The notes beneath the pieces were generated by a model that did no database searches, was not told where the DNA came from, and saw only the letters and a program-made list of their open reading frames with translations. Positions 48,487 to 57,419 of a DNA stretch of 64,000 bases are shown here, one piece after another. Positions within the stretch are counted from its first letter, which is position 1, and every line of letters starts with the position of its first letter. This stretch comes from Bdellovibrio sp. GTDB lineage: Bacteria > Bdellovibrionota > Bdellovibrionia > Bdellovibrionales > Bdellovibrionaceae. Position numbers and translations under genes: made by a program. Location: the NCBI GenBank assembly GCA_036677065.1, contig JAKFBS010000004.1, positions 416,001-480,000 on the forward strand, in the 5' to 3' direction.

Positions 48487-49551
48487 AGAATTACCGAAGT
48501 AATTAATATGGCCTAATTTCTTTTTAGGTCTATTTTCTTTCTTGTCATACCAATGAAGTTTACCTTGCAAGCCCACTTGAATAGTGGGTTTTCTGTATGA
48601 AGTCCCCACGATATTTTGCATTAAAAAATGTTTTGTCGATTGCACTTCAAGCGGAAACGTTTGATCAGCGACAGCCCGTAAATGCATTTCGAACTGGTCA
48701 AATGAAAAAGCATCTTGCGTGATATGACCTGAATTATGCACGCGAGGTGTGATTTCATTCACTACTAATTTAGAGCCGACATCGAATAATTCAAAATTAA
48801 TCAGACCCACATAATCAAGATGATTTAAAAGTGAAGTTATTTTTTTAGTTAATTCGTTAATGGCCGGATGGGTGTCAGGGCCCCAAACACGAAAGCACTG
48901 CTGATTTTTTTGCAGCGAATTTAAAAGTGGGTACATAAAAATGTCACCAGCTTTATTACGGCAGACGATTAATGATTTCTCACTTTTAAAATGCACGAAT
49001 TTTTCAGCGATAAACTGAGTTTCTTGATTTTTATGCGTGCGTTTAAATAATTCAAACTGCGCTTTAGTTTTAATAATAAAAGTGCCGTGGCCATCGTGAC
49101 CGCCTAAACGTTTTTTTAAAACTAATTCGCCATCAAAAACTTTGTAAGCGGCTTCTAAGTCATCTTTGCCGGTGATCTTGATAAAATCGCTGGTCGGAAT
49201 TTGATAATCCCATAAAAGTTCTTTTTGCGGCCAGCGATCTTGTAAAATCGCCAAATGTTCAAGATCAGGAATACAACGTGTTTTTGTTTTTTGTAAACCA
49301 CGGGCAATCGTGCGAGCAGGAATAAATTCAGTCTCAAAAGTAATGACTTCAACGGCGCGAGCCAGTTTTAAGATATCGTCTTCATTATAGATTTTACCTT
49401 TGATCCAGGCGTTGGCATAACCAACAGCTGGATCGTCTTTATCCTCAGATAAAACTGTGACGTGAAAACCCATTTGGCGTGCCCGCTGAGTCATCATTTG
49501 AGCGAGTTGTCCGCCACCTAAAATCCCTATCTTTTTTCCGATAATCGCCAT
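48433..49551 (-). CDS. purK: N5-CAIR synthetase (ATP-grasp)
   Basis: IGILGGGQLAQM, ITFETE, NEITPRVHNSGH, QFEMHLRA, KLGHIN. Confidence 0.88.
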   Translation of the reverse strand: MAIIGKKIGILGGGQLAQMMTQRARQMGFHVTVLSEDKDDPAVGYANAWIKGKIYNEDDILKLARAVEVITFETEFIPARTIARGLQKTKTRCIPDLEHLAILQDRWPQKELLWDYQIPTSDFIKITGKDDLEAAYKVFDGELVLKKRLGGHDGHGTFIIKTKAQFELFKRTHKNQETQFIAEKFVHFKSEKSLIVCRNKAGDIFMYPLLNSLQKNQQCFRVWGPDTHPAINELTKKITSLLNHLDYVGLINFELFDVGSKLVVNEITPRVHNSGHITQDAFSFDQFEMHLRAVADQTFPLEVQSTKHFLMQNIVGTSYRKPTIQVGLQGKLHWYDKKENRPKKKLGHINYFGNSLRSLITLADYDLKKIKS

Positions 49552-49562
49552 ACACATACATT

Positions 49563-50603
49563 ATGCAATTTAGTTTTCCGTTATGTCTAGCCCCAATGGT
49601 GGGATTATCCCACGTAGTCTTGCGAAAGATCGTTTACGATTATATGCCGCAAGGGCATGAGACTATTTGGCCAACCGAAATGCTAAATTCACGCCGAGTG
49701 CCGCAAGAAAAATTAGGCGAAACCGCAGAAACTTTATTATTTGAAGGCGAACGCAATCTAGTTCCGCAAATTTTAGGTAACGAAAAAGCCGACATTCAAA
49801 AAACCATTCACAAAATGATTTATGAATGGGGAGACTTCGGCACAGTGTCTGGCATCGACATCAACATGGGTTGTCCCGTGCAAAAAGCCTTAAAACACAA
49901 TTACGGCGTGGCACTTATGGGAGATTTAAATTACGCAGCTCAAGTTGTGGAATTCGCAGCCACAGCCAGCGATAAGCCCGTGTCAGTAAAACTTCGTGCC
50001 GTCGGCAGTGATAAGTCTATTCCTGAATTAATTCATTTTGTAAAAACCCTTCGCAATGCCGGTGCCCAGTGGATCACCTTGCATCCGCGCACAGCCGCGC
50101 AAAAACGCCGTGGCCAAGCCGACTGGAATCAAATCACCGAATTAAAAAAAGCCCTGGATATTCCAATCATCGGTAATGGTGATATTCAAACGGCAGATGA
50201 TGTTTTTTCGATGTTAGAAACAACGGGCTGTGATCTGGTGATGTCGGGTCGCGGGTTAGCAGCGCGCCCGTGGATGGTGTGGCAAGTGGCCTACCGTAAG
50301 GGTTTAACGACGGAAATTCCGCCGCTAACTGAGTATGAAGAAGGCGCCGAGTACGGAAAAATGCTTTTAAAATTCATCCACTTAAGCCGCCATTTTTTCT
50401 GTGATAAGCTTGGCTATAAACCAGAATACGCCTTTCGTAAAATCCAATTTTTTGTGCGCACCACGCATGTCTGGCTTGAGTGGGGTCACCCACTAACTTC
50501 AGAAGTAAACCGTTCGAAAACATTCGAAGAGATGCTCGAACGCGTAGAAAAGTTCTTTGCTCAGCCACAAAGAATGTTGCCTTACACTGAATTACGCCAG
50601 TAA
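49563..50603 (+). CDS. tRNA-dihydrouridine synthase family
   Basis: LAPMVG, DINMGCP, LHPRT, GNGDI, MSGRG. Confidence 0.9.
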   Translation: MQFSFPLCLAPMVGLSHVVLRKIVYDYMPQGHETIWPTEMLNSRRVPQEKLGETAETLLFEGERNLVPQILGNEKADIQKTIHKMIYEWGDFGTVSGIDINMGCPVQKALKHNYGVALMGDLNYAAQVVEFAATASDKPVSVKLRAVGSDKSIPELIHFVKTLRNAGAQWITLHPRTAAQKRRGQADWNQITELKKALDIPIIGNGDIQTADDVFSMLETTGCDLVMSGRGLAARPWMVWQVAYRKGLTTEIPPLTEYEEGAEYGKMLLKFIHLSRHFFCDKLGYKPEYAFRKIQFFVRTTHVWLEWGHPLTSEVNRSKTFEEMLERVEKFFAQPQRMLPYTELRQ

Positions 50604-50613
50604 ACTTTCAAGT

Positions 50614-51129
50614 ATGTCTTTAGTCATACGTCAACTTTCCCCGCAGGATGAAGCCGCCTTCTTTGAAGGAATGAAGCTGTGGTCAGAAAAAGATCTCGGT
50701 TGGTATACATTTTCATGGAAGCCGGAAATGTCATATCAAGATATGCTTAAGATTCTAGAAGATGAATGCGCTGGTCGTAATATAGCTCCAGGACGTGTGG
50801 CGCACACAATGCTCTATGCATTTTTAAATGGTAAAATCATTGGCCGCGTAAGTATTCGTCATGAGCTAAATGATTTTCTACTTCGTCGCGGTGGAAACAT
50901 CGGCTATTCAGTCGCTGAAAGTTATCGCCGCAAAGGCTTTGCTACCGAGCTTATGCGTGCAGGGATGGATTACTGCAAAACTTTAGGTTTACCAAAAATC
51001 CTAGTCACTTGTGATGATGAAAATGTGCCGTCATGGAAAATCATCGAAAAATTCGATGCCACTTTAGAAAACAAATTCATCGACGAAACCGAGAATAAAA
51101 CCATTCGCCGCTATTGGGTAAAATTATAA
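50614..51129 (+). CDS. GNAT acetyltransferase
   Basis: GRVSIRHELN, GGNIGYSV, RRKGFAT, LVTCDDENVPS. Confidence 0.85.
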   Translation: MSLVIRQLSPQDEAAFFEGMKLWSEKDLGWYTFSWKPEMSYQDMLKILEDECAGRNIAPGRVAHTMLYAFLNGKIIGRVSIRHELNDFLLRRGGNIGYSVAESYRRKGFATELMRAGMDYCKTLGLPKILVTCDDENVPSWKIIEKFDATLENKFIDETENKTIRRYWVKL

Positions 51130-51198
51130 CGCATTAAATTCGCTCAGGGTTTAGGTCAACAATGTTGACTGAAACCCTGAGTGCTAAAAGCGCGTTAT
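51126..51198. repeat. Long imperfect hairpin between convergent genes
   Basis: CTCAGGGTTT-AG-GTCAACA-A-TGTTGAC-TG-AAACCCTGAG with outer ATAACGC/GCGTTAT. Confidence 0.7.
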
Positions 51199-51219
51199 TT
51201 TGTAAGAGTTGATGCCTGA

Positions 51220-52788
51220 CTACGATAAATGAGCGACTTGGCGTGAATTCAGAGAAGATGTTTTCTTAACCGCAGAGGCCGTAACAGACTGTGTGCCAAG
51301 GCCTTTGGCGATGGCTTGTGCTTTCATGAATGGCGGAATATCACGTTTTTTAACGCCTTCACAGAAATCGGCTTTGATGATTTCGAAAGCTTTTTCGCTA
51401 TCATCAGTGCGCATAATAATATAATCGTAAGCTTTTTCAGCTAAGTTCATCAGAGAAATAGAATGTGTTTCTGAATATTTCTCTGATAGGTAATCTACGA
51501 ATTTCATGTAGTTCCAGAAGAATGAGCCTTCGAAAGTGCTGATCCATTTCATAAATTGCGGAAAATCGCCGCTATTTGCATATAGGTCCCAGAACTTCGC
51601 AAAACGGTTCATAGTCTGCAAAGTATTATAATCCATCGTTGATGTTGATAGAATCTGATACGGCGAAAAATCTTGGTAGCGCATTTTGAATGTAGATTCA
51701 TGGCGCACGATCGGTGTGCCTTTCAGGCGCTTTAGAATTCCCACTTGAATTTCGTGGGGACCTAGCTGGGCTAGGCGGTCAAAGCCTTCGCCAAAGGATT
51801 CTAAAGTCTCGCCGGGTAAGCCTACGATAAGATCGGCGTGCGTGTGAACATGGGTGTTCTCGTTGATAAACTTAAAATTTTCTGCAACTTTAACAAGGTC
51901 ATTTTTTCTTGAAACATTTGTCGCAACTACTGGATTTAACGTTTGAATGCCGACTTCGAATTGTAAACTTCCGGCAGGAAATTGTTTAATTAGCTCGCGA
52001 ATTTCAACTGGCAGGCGATCAGGCACCATTTCGAAATGTAGAAATAAACCCTTATCCAGATGCTGCATAAAGAAGTTTAAAATCTTAGTTGAGGTCGTTG
52101 GGCTTAAGTTAAACGTGCGATCGACGAACTTAAAACAGCGGGCGCCTCTGTTAATCAGGGTTTCGATATCTAATAAGAATTGATCTAAATTAAAGCTGCG
52201 TACGGATTTATCAAGAGACGATAGGCAGTATTCGCACTTGTACGGGCAGCCGCGTGAGGCTTCAACATAGATCACGCGATTTGCAATATCGTTATCACTA
52301 TATAGATAGTACGGAAGTTTTAAATCGGGCAGTAAGGGTAGAGCTCCGCGGATGATTTTATCTTGGCTGTCGTGCCCAGACAGGTGTTCGCGGCAGAATT
52401 GTGGAAAAAGAAGATCGGCTTCGCCGCAGATAATATGATCAGCTAATTGATAAAGTCTTTGGCCTTCGGTTTCGTAAGAGACTTCTGGGCCGCCAAGAAC
52501 AAGTTCAATATCTGGTGCGACTTTCTTAAGAATTGAGCAAACTTCAAAGACCTGTTCGTTATTCCAGATGTAAACTCCGAAGCCGACGATCTTTGGATTG
52601 AGGTTCAAGATCTTTTCAACAATGTTGCGCGGGTTTTCTTTGATGGTCCACTCAATAAGTTCAGTTTTATCAGTCATCTCTGCCATTTGGGCATAGATAT
52701 AGCGTAAGCCGAACGAGCTGTGCTGGTAGGTTGAATTCAATGTGCAGATCAGGATGTCTTTTTGGATCTCGTTTTTTGGGTGGCTCAT
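51220..52788 (-). CDS. B12-binding-domain radical SAM protein (DUF4080-type)
   Basis: GFGVYIWN, LGGPEVS, EASRGCPYKCEYC, FVDRTFN. Confidence 0.88.
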   Translation of the reverse strand: MSHPKNEIQKDILICTLNSTYQHSSFGLRYIYAQMAEMTDKTELIEWTIKENPRNIVEKILNLNPKIVGFGVYIWNNEQVFEVCSILKKVAPDIELVLGGPEVSYETEGQRLYQLADHIICGEADLLFPQFCREHLSGHDSQDKIIRGALPLLPDLKLPYYLYSDNDIANRVIYVEASRGCPYKCEYCLSSLDKSVRSFNLDQFLLDIETLINRGARCFKFVDRTFNLSPTTSTKILNFFMQHLDKGLFLHFEMVPDRLPVEIRELIKQFPAGSLQFEVGIQTLNPVVATNVSRKNDLVKVAENFKFINENTHVHTHADLIVGLPGETLESFGEGFDRLAQLGPHEIQVGILKRLKGTPIVRHESTFKMRYQDFSPYQILSTSTMDYNTLQTMNRFAKFWDLYANSGDFPQFMKWISTFEGSFFWNYMKFVDYLSEKYSETHSISLMNLAEKAYDYIIMRTDDSEKAFEIIKADFCEGVKKRDIPPFMKAQAIAKGLGTQSVTASAVKKTSSLNSRQVAHLS

Positions 52789-53276
52789 GCAGCCGTTGTT
52801 TTAGCGAATCCCTCTAGAATGTCATAGCATTTTCTGATTTCTAAAAAACTTTCATGGCATCCGCCACTATCTGGGTGGTTTTTCAACGCGGCAAGTTTAT
52901 AAGCTTTTTTTAACTGCAAAAGTGTGAATCCCTCTGGAAACAGACGGTGGGCTGCAAGGATCGGAAGTTCCATGGCGTACAATAAAGATTCGTAGGCTTT
53001 GAATTGTGTTTCGGTCATACCTTGAGATTTCAATTTAAATTCACGAGCAGACACTGTTCTATCTGTAAAGTTTTGCTTGCGGGAATACGACGAAACTGAA
53101 TGATTTTGCACTCTTACGTTAGGCACTTCACACTGCAAGCTACCCATCAAATGAGAGAGAAAAGCAGGTTCTAATGTGCCTGAAATCTCTTGTGAATGTT
53201 CAATATTTGTCACTGTTTCCATCTCGTTTTCAGAGCTAAGATTTTCTAAAATTTCAGCGAAGGAAAAGTCTCTCAT
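52785..53276 (-). CDS. Protein with a C-terminal J-domain
   Basis: LKKAYKLAALKNHPDSGG; ATGA overlap with the radical SAM gene. Confidence 0.75.
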   Translation of the reverse strand: MRDFSFAEILENLSSENEMETVTNIEHSQEISGTLEPAFLSHLMGSLQCEVPNVRVQNHSVSSYSRKQNFTDRTVSAREFKLKSQGMTETQFKAYESLLYAMELPILAAHRLFPEGFTLLQLKKAYKLAALKNHPDSGGCHESFLEIRKCYDILEGFAKTTAA

Positions 53277-53283
53277 AGAGACT

Positions 53284-53291
53284 TTATCGGG
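53284..53291 (-). promoter_or_regulatory. sigma28-type -10 box, apparently leaderless
   Basis: CCCGATAA, then 7 nt to ATG 53276; -35 weak. Confidence 0.5.
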
Positions 53292-53495
53292 ATAAATTCC
53301 CCGATACCAGAGTAGAGAAATCGCGATCCCCCTCTAAAAAAAGTGAAAATAATTGTTTTTTTCTCTCGACAAAGGGTTTTTCCTAGACTTATGCTTAGAT
53401 TCACTAAGACTTTTATATTAAGACGATCGTCAATGATGATGACCGTCATGAGATTGAAAACAATGCCTTAACAACCCTTAACGGAGGAATTAACC

Positions 53496-53882
53496 ATGGC
53501 AAAGAAAACAGCAAAAAAAGCAGCTCCTAAAAAAGCTACAGCAAAAAAAGCAACTAAAGCTCCAGCTAAAAAAGCTACAGCTAAAAAAGCAGCTCCTGCG
53601 AAAAAAGCAGCTCCTAAAAAAGCCGCTGCTAAACGCCAACCAAACGCAGCTTTCATGAAAGCTTTAACTCCATCTACTACTTTAGCAGCTATCGTTGGTG
53701 CAACTCCACTTCCACGCACTGAAGTTGTTAAAAAATTATGGGCTTACATCAAAAAGAATTCTTTACAAGATTCTAAAAACCGTCGCAACATCAACGCTGA
53801 TGACAAATTGAAACCAATTTTCGGCAAAAACCAAGTTTCTATGTTCGAAATGACAAAACTTGTTTCTAAGCACTTAAAATAG
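53496..53882 (+). CDS. SWIB/MDM2-domain protein with a histone H1-like Lys/Ala tail
   Basis: KKAAPKKA repeats, then PRTEVVKKLWAYIKKNSLQD...INADDKL; SD GGAGGA. Confidence 0.9.
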   Translation: MAKKTAKKAAPKKATAKKATKAPAKKATAKKAAPAKKAAPKKAAAKRQPNAAFMKALTPSTTLAAIVGATPLPRTEVVKKLWAYIKKNSLQDSKNRRNINADDKLKPIFGKNQVSMFEMTKLVSKHLK

Positions 53883-53922
53883 GTTTTAGTTTTCTCACCT
53901 GTCGCAAGACGGTAAGAAAGAT

Positions 53923-53953
53923 AAGGTCAACCTTCGGGTTGGCCTTTTTTTTT
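53923..53953 (+). terminator. Intrinsic terminator
   Basis: AAGGTCAACC-TTCG-GGTTGGCCTT plus a T tract. Confidence 0.85.
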
Positions 53954-53987
53954 GCTATTATGCCCCTCGGGGAGTATACTCTTGGGC

Positions 53988-54761
53988 ATGTCAAACTCCC
54001 GCGCTCCAGTTCCTTTCAATAAGGACGAAATTCAAAAAATGCGTACTGTCTGCAAAATGGCCGCAAAAGTTCTTAACTACACAGCCAGCAAGGTTAAGCC
54101 AGGGATTACCACTTTAGAATTGGATAAAATTGCTGATGATTACACGAAATCAATCGGTGGAACTTCAGCCTGCATTGGTTATCACGGGTATCCGTTTGCG
54201 ACCTGCATTTCGGTGAACGAAGTTGTTTGTCATGGGACTCCGTCGGATTACGTGATCAAAGAGGGCGATATTTTAAATATTGATGTCACCGTTAAAAAAG
54301 ATGGCTTCTTCGGAGACACGTCTAAAACCGTGATGGTGGGTAAAGTTTCACCGGCAGCGGCAGATATTGTCGATGCGGCTTATAATGCCATGATGATCGG
54401 GATAGAAGCTATTAAGCCTAATGGATACACAGGCGATATCGGTTTTGAAACTAACAAATACGTGACTCGTCGTGGATACACTACTGTTAAAGAAATCGGT
54501 GGTCACGGCATTGGCAGAATCTTTCACATGGACCCTTTTGTGCCGGCTTTCGGTAAACGCGGTAAGGGTGAAAAGATTATACCTTGGACATGCTTCACGG
54601 TTGAACCCATGGTGAATGAGGGCGAAGAAGACTTCGAAGAGTTTTCTATTCCCAATTCTGATATTAAGTACTACATAACTACCGATAAGAAACTCTCAGC
54701 CCAGTTCGAACATACGATATTGATTACAGACACAGGATATGAAATTTTAACCCTTGAATAA
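53988..54761 (+). CDS. map: Methionine aminopeptidase type I
   Basis: CISVNEVVCHG, NIDVT, GDTS, GHGIG, TVEPM, AQFEHT. Confidence 0.95.
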   Translation: MSNSRAPVPFNKDEIQKMRTVCKMAAKVLNYTASKVKPGITTLELDKIADDYTKSIGGTSACIGYHGYPFATCISVNEVVCHGTPSDYVIKEGDILNIDVTVKKDGFFGDTSKTVMVGKVSPAAADIVDAAYNAMMIGIEAIKPNGYTGDIGFETNKYVTRRGYTTVKEIGGHGIGRIFHMDPFVPAFGKRGKGEKIIPWTCFTVEPMVNEGEEDFEEFSIPNSDIKYYITTDKKLSAQFEHTILITDTGYEILTLE

Positions 54762-54770
54762 GGAACACAC

Positions 54771-56207
54771 ATGAGAACACAAGCATCTAATAACGCAAAA
54801 AAAACAGCCGCTTCTAAAGCGATCGCTGCAGCCGTATCAAAAAGCAAAACAGCAGTAAAAAGCAAGTCAGCAAAAAATGCGACAGCTAATGATTACCGCG
54901 TTTGCAAAGAAGCTATGGAAAATCCTAAAGTATTCGCTGAATTAGCTCGTTGGGGCCGCGAAGAAATTAAAATTGCTGAAAAAGAAATGCCAGGTTTAAT
55001 GGCTATCAGAAAAGAATTCGGCAAATCTCAACCGTTAAAAGGCGCGAAAATCGCTGGTTGCTTACACATGACAATCCAAACTGCAGTGCTTATCGAAACT
55101 TTAACTCATTTAGGAGCTGAAGTTCGTTGGTCATCTTGCAATATCTTCTCTACACAAGATCAAGCAGCCGTTGCAATTGCAGCTACTGGCGTTCCAGTTT
55201 TTGCTTGGAAAGGTTTAACTGAAGACGAATTCAACTGGTGTATTGAACAAACAATCACTGGCTGGGGTAAAGAAGGCTACAACATCATTCTTGATGATGG
55301 TGGCGATTTAACAAACATGATGCACACTCCTAAGTTTGCACACATGCTTAAAAAAATCGTTGGTGTTTCTGAAGAAACAACAACTGGCGTACATAACTTA
55401 GAAGTTATGTTAAAAAATAAAAAATTAAAAATTCCTGCAATCAACGTAAATGATTCAGTAACTAAATCTAAGTTCGACAACTTATACGGTTGCCGTGAAT
55501 CATTAACTGACGCTTTAAAACGCGCTACTGACGTAATGATGGCTGGTAAAACTTGTGTTGTTGCCGGTTACGGAGACGTAGGTAAAGGTTCTGCTTTCTC
55601 TATGAAAGGTTTAGGCGCACGCGTTCTAATCACAGAAATCGATCCTATCTGCGCATTACAGGCAGCTATGGAAGGTTTTCAAGTAGTTACAATGGAAGAA
55701 GCAGCTCCAATCGCTGATATTTTCGTAACTGCAACTGGTTGCTGCGATATCATCACTGAAAAACATTTCAATAAAATGAAAGACAACGCGATTGTTTGTA
55801 ACATCGGTCACTTCGATATCGAAATCGATATGGCTTGGTTAAATAAAAATTCAAAACAACGCGAAATCAAACCACAAGTTGATGTTCACACATTGAAAAA
55901 CGGAAACGAAATCGTTGTTCTGGCTAAAGGCCGCTTAGTGAATTTAGGTTGTGCTACTGGGCATCCATCTTTTGTAATGTCTAATTCGTTCACTAACCAA
56001 GTGTTAGCGCAAATCGAATTATTCAAAAACGGTGCGAAATACAAAGAAATCGCGATCTACCGTTTACCTAAACACTTAGACGAAAAAGTTGCCGCTCTTC
56101 ATTTAGGCCAAATTGGCGTTAAATTATCTAAACTTACTTCTAAACAAGCTAAGTATTTACATTTAAATGAAGAAGGACCATTCAAACCTGAGCACTACCG
56201 TTACTAA
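54771..56207 (+). CDS. ahcY: Adenosylhomocysteinase
   Basis: [45 protein letters not shown] terminus. Confidence 0.97.
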   Translation: MRTQASNNAKKTAASKAIAAAVSKSKTAVKSKSAKNATANDYRVCKEAMENPKVFAELARWGREEIKIAEKEMPGLMAIRKEFGKSQPLKGAKIAGCLHMTIQTAVLIETLTHLGAEVRWSSCNIFSTQDQAAVAIAATGVPVFAWKGLTEDEFNWCIEQTITGWGKEGYNIILDDGGDLTNMMHTPKFAHMLKKIVGVSEETTTGVHNLEVMLKNKKLKIPAINVNDSVTKSKFDNLYGCRESLTDALKRATDVMMAGKTCVVAGYGDVGKGSAFSMKGLGARVLITEIDPICALQAAMEGFQVVTMEEAAPIADIFVTATGCCDIITEKHFNKMKDNAIVCNIGHFDIEIDMAWLNKNSKQREIKPQVDVHTLKNGNEIVVLAKGRLVNLGCATGHPSFVMSNSFTNQVLAQIELFKNGAKYKEIAIYRLPKHLDEKVAALHLGQIGVKLSKLTSKQAKYLHLNEEGPFKPEHYRY

Positions 56208-56208
56208 T

Positions 56209-56994
56209 ATGATAACGTTCATGTTTATAAGTTTATCGATTCTACCTTTAAGCGCGCTGATCTTCGGCGCGCTTTTTTTACGCGCAAAGAATCAACCACT
56301 ACATATTCCATCGTTTTTGCTTTTCGGCTTTTTAACGATGTACGTAGACTTGCATTTTTTCTTTCGTGCGTATGAGGTTTCATTAGCTAACGGGCAGTGG
56401 GGGCCAGCAGCTGGCACCATGGGTATGGTTTCAGTTCTTACCACGTTAAATTCTTTGGCTTTTGGTTTATTGGGTTCAGCAGTTTATTCGCTGTTTAGCC
56501 GATTAACTAAAAAACAAGATGTATACTCAAAGCTATCGACCACAAAAATCGCAGCGGTTTTTATTTTAGCTATGTCGACAGCGACGTACCAGATGGTAAG
56601 TCATCACGGGCATTCGGCGAGCCAAAAAATCATCGCTAAAGCTTCTGGTGATTTAACTCCAGAACTTGTGACTGAGCTTTTACAGATTGATCAAACCAGC
56701 AAAGATAAAACAATGATTCAAACATTATTGATGAATCCGACTTTGCCAGTGTCTGTATTAAACGATTATTCACAGAAAGATTCAGTTGTTTACCGTGCTT
56801 CGGTTTTAAAAAACCCGAATGTGACTCAAGAAATCGTGAATAAGTTAGCAACTGATGCAAATGAAGTTGTGCGATACCACGTTGTTATCAATAAAAAAGT
56901 AACGACTGAGTTGTTAGAGCAATTAGCAAAAGATCCGGTTAAAGATGTTCGCAATAAAGCGAAAGCTGAATTAGAGCATAGAAAAACTAATTAG
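56209..56994 (+). CDS. Membrane protein with C-terminal HEAT/LRV-like repeats
   Basis: About four TM segments; repeats LATDANEVVR and LAKDPVKDVR; start uncertain. Confidence 0.65.
   Translation: MITFMFISLSILPLSALIFGALFLRAKNQPLHIPSFLLFGFLTMYVDLHFFFRAYEVSLANGQWGPAAGTMGMVSVLTTLNSLAFGLLGSAVYSLFSRLTKKQDVYSKLSTTKIAAVFILAMSTATYQMVSHHGHSASQKIIAKASGDLTPELVTELLQIDQTSKDKTMIQTLLMNPTLPVSVLNDYSQKDSVVYRASVLKNPNVTQEIVNKLATDANEVVRYHVVINKKVTTELLEQLAKDPVKDVRNKAKAELEHRKTN
56250..56279 (+). terminator. Intrinsic terminator after ahcY, inside the next ORF
   Basis: AAGCGCGCTGA-TCT-TCGGCGCGCTT plus a T tract. Confidence 0.65.
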
Positions 56995-57337
56995 TTTTTT
57001 TACAGGGGCCGCCTGCACCGCCGCCGCCTCTGCTTTCACAAGCCAGAGCTCTGGCTTTTTCTTCGTATAAATTCGATATTCGTGACAGCTCACTAGATTG
57101 GGCTGGTTTATCTGAATAATCATATTGATTAGGTTCTTCTGAGTTTTTAACAAATTTGCCGTCAGAAATTAACATTGCGATCGCGCTGGGACGACAGTCG
57201 TATTTGAAAAACTGGCTGACTGAGAAGTCGTCGGTTACAGCGCATTGGCTTTCAAATTTTAAAGTAATAACTTCGCTGCGGGCCTCTGTGTAGAAAAATG
57301 AAATAACAAGCACTGCGAATAGTGTTTTAGAGTTCAT
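56987..57337 (-). CDS. Small secreted Cys-containing hypothetical protein
   Basis: Signal peptide, four Cys, SD GGGGGA. Confidence 0.65.
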   Translation of the reverse strand: MNSKTLFAVLVISFFYTEARSEVITLKFESQCAVTDDFSVSQFFKYDCRPSAIAMLISDGKFVKNSEEPNQYDYSDKPAQSSELSRISNLYEEKARALACESRGGGGAGGPCKKTN

Positions 57338-57419
57338 ATTATTTCCCCCAGAGAGAAAGAATACGGTCTAATCTGTAATTTAGAAAGTAGGCTTTACTAC
57401 TTTCTAATAATGAGACACT

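Noticed and set aside
49519..49544. TAAA-N14-TCCGATAA before the dus gene
   Set aside because: It lies in purK coding sequence, the spacer is short, and the distance to the ATG does not match the other sites.
53468..53719. 83-aa hydrophobic antisense ORF
   Set aside because: It is the reverse-complement shadow of the Lys/Ala repeats in the SWIB gene.
54755..54775. SAH riboswitch before ahcY
   Set aside because: Only 9 nt separate map and ahcY.
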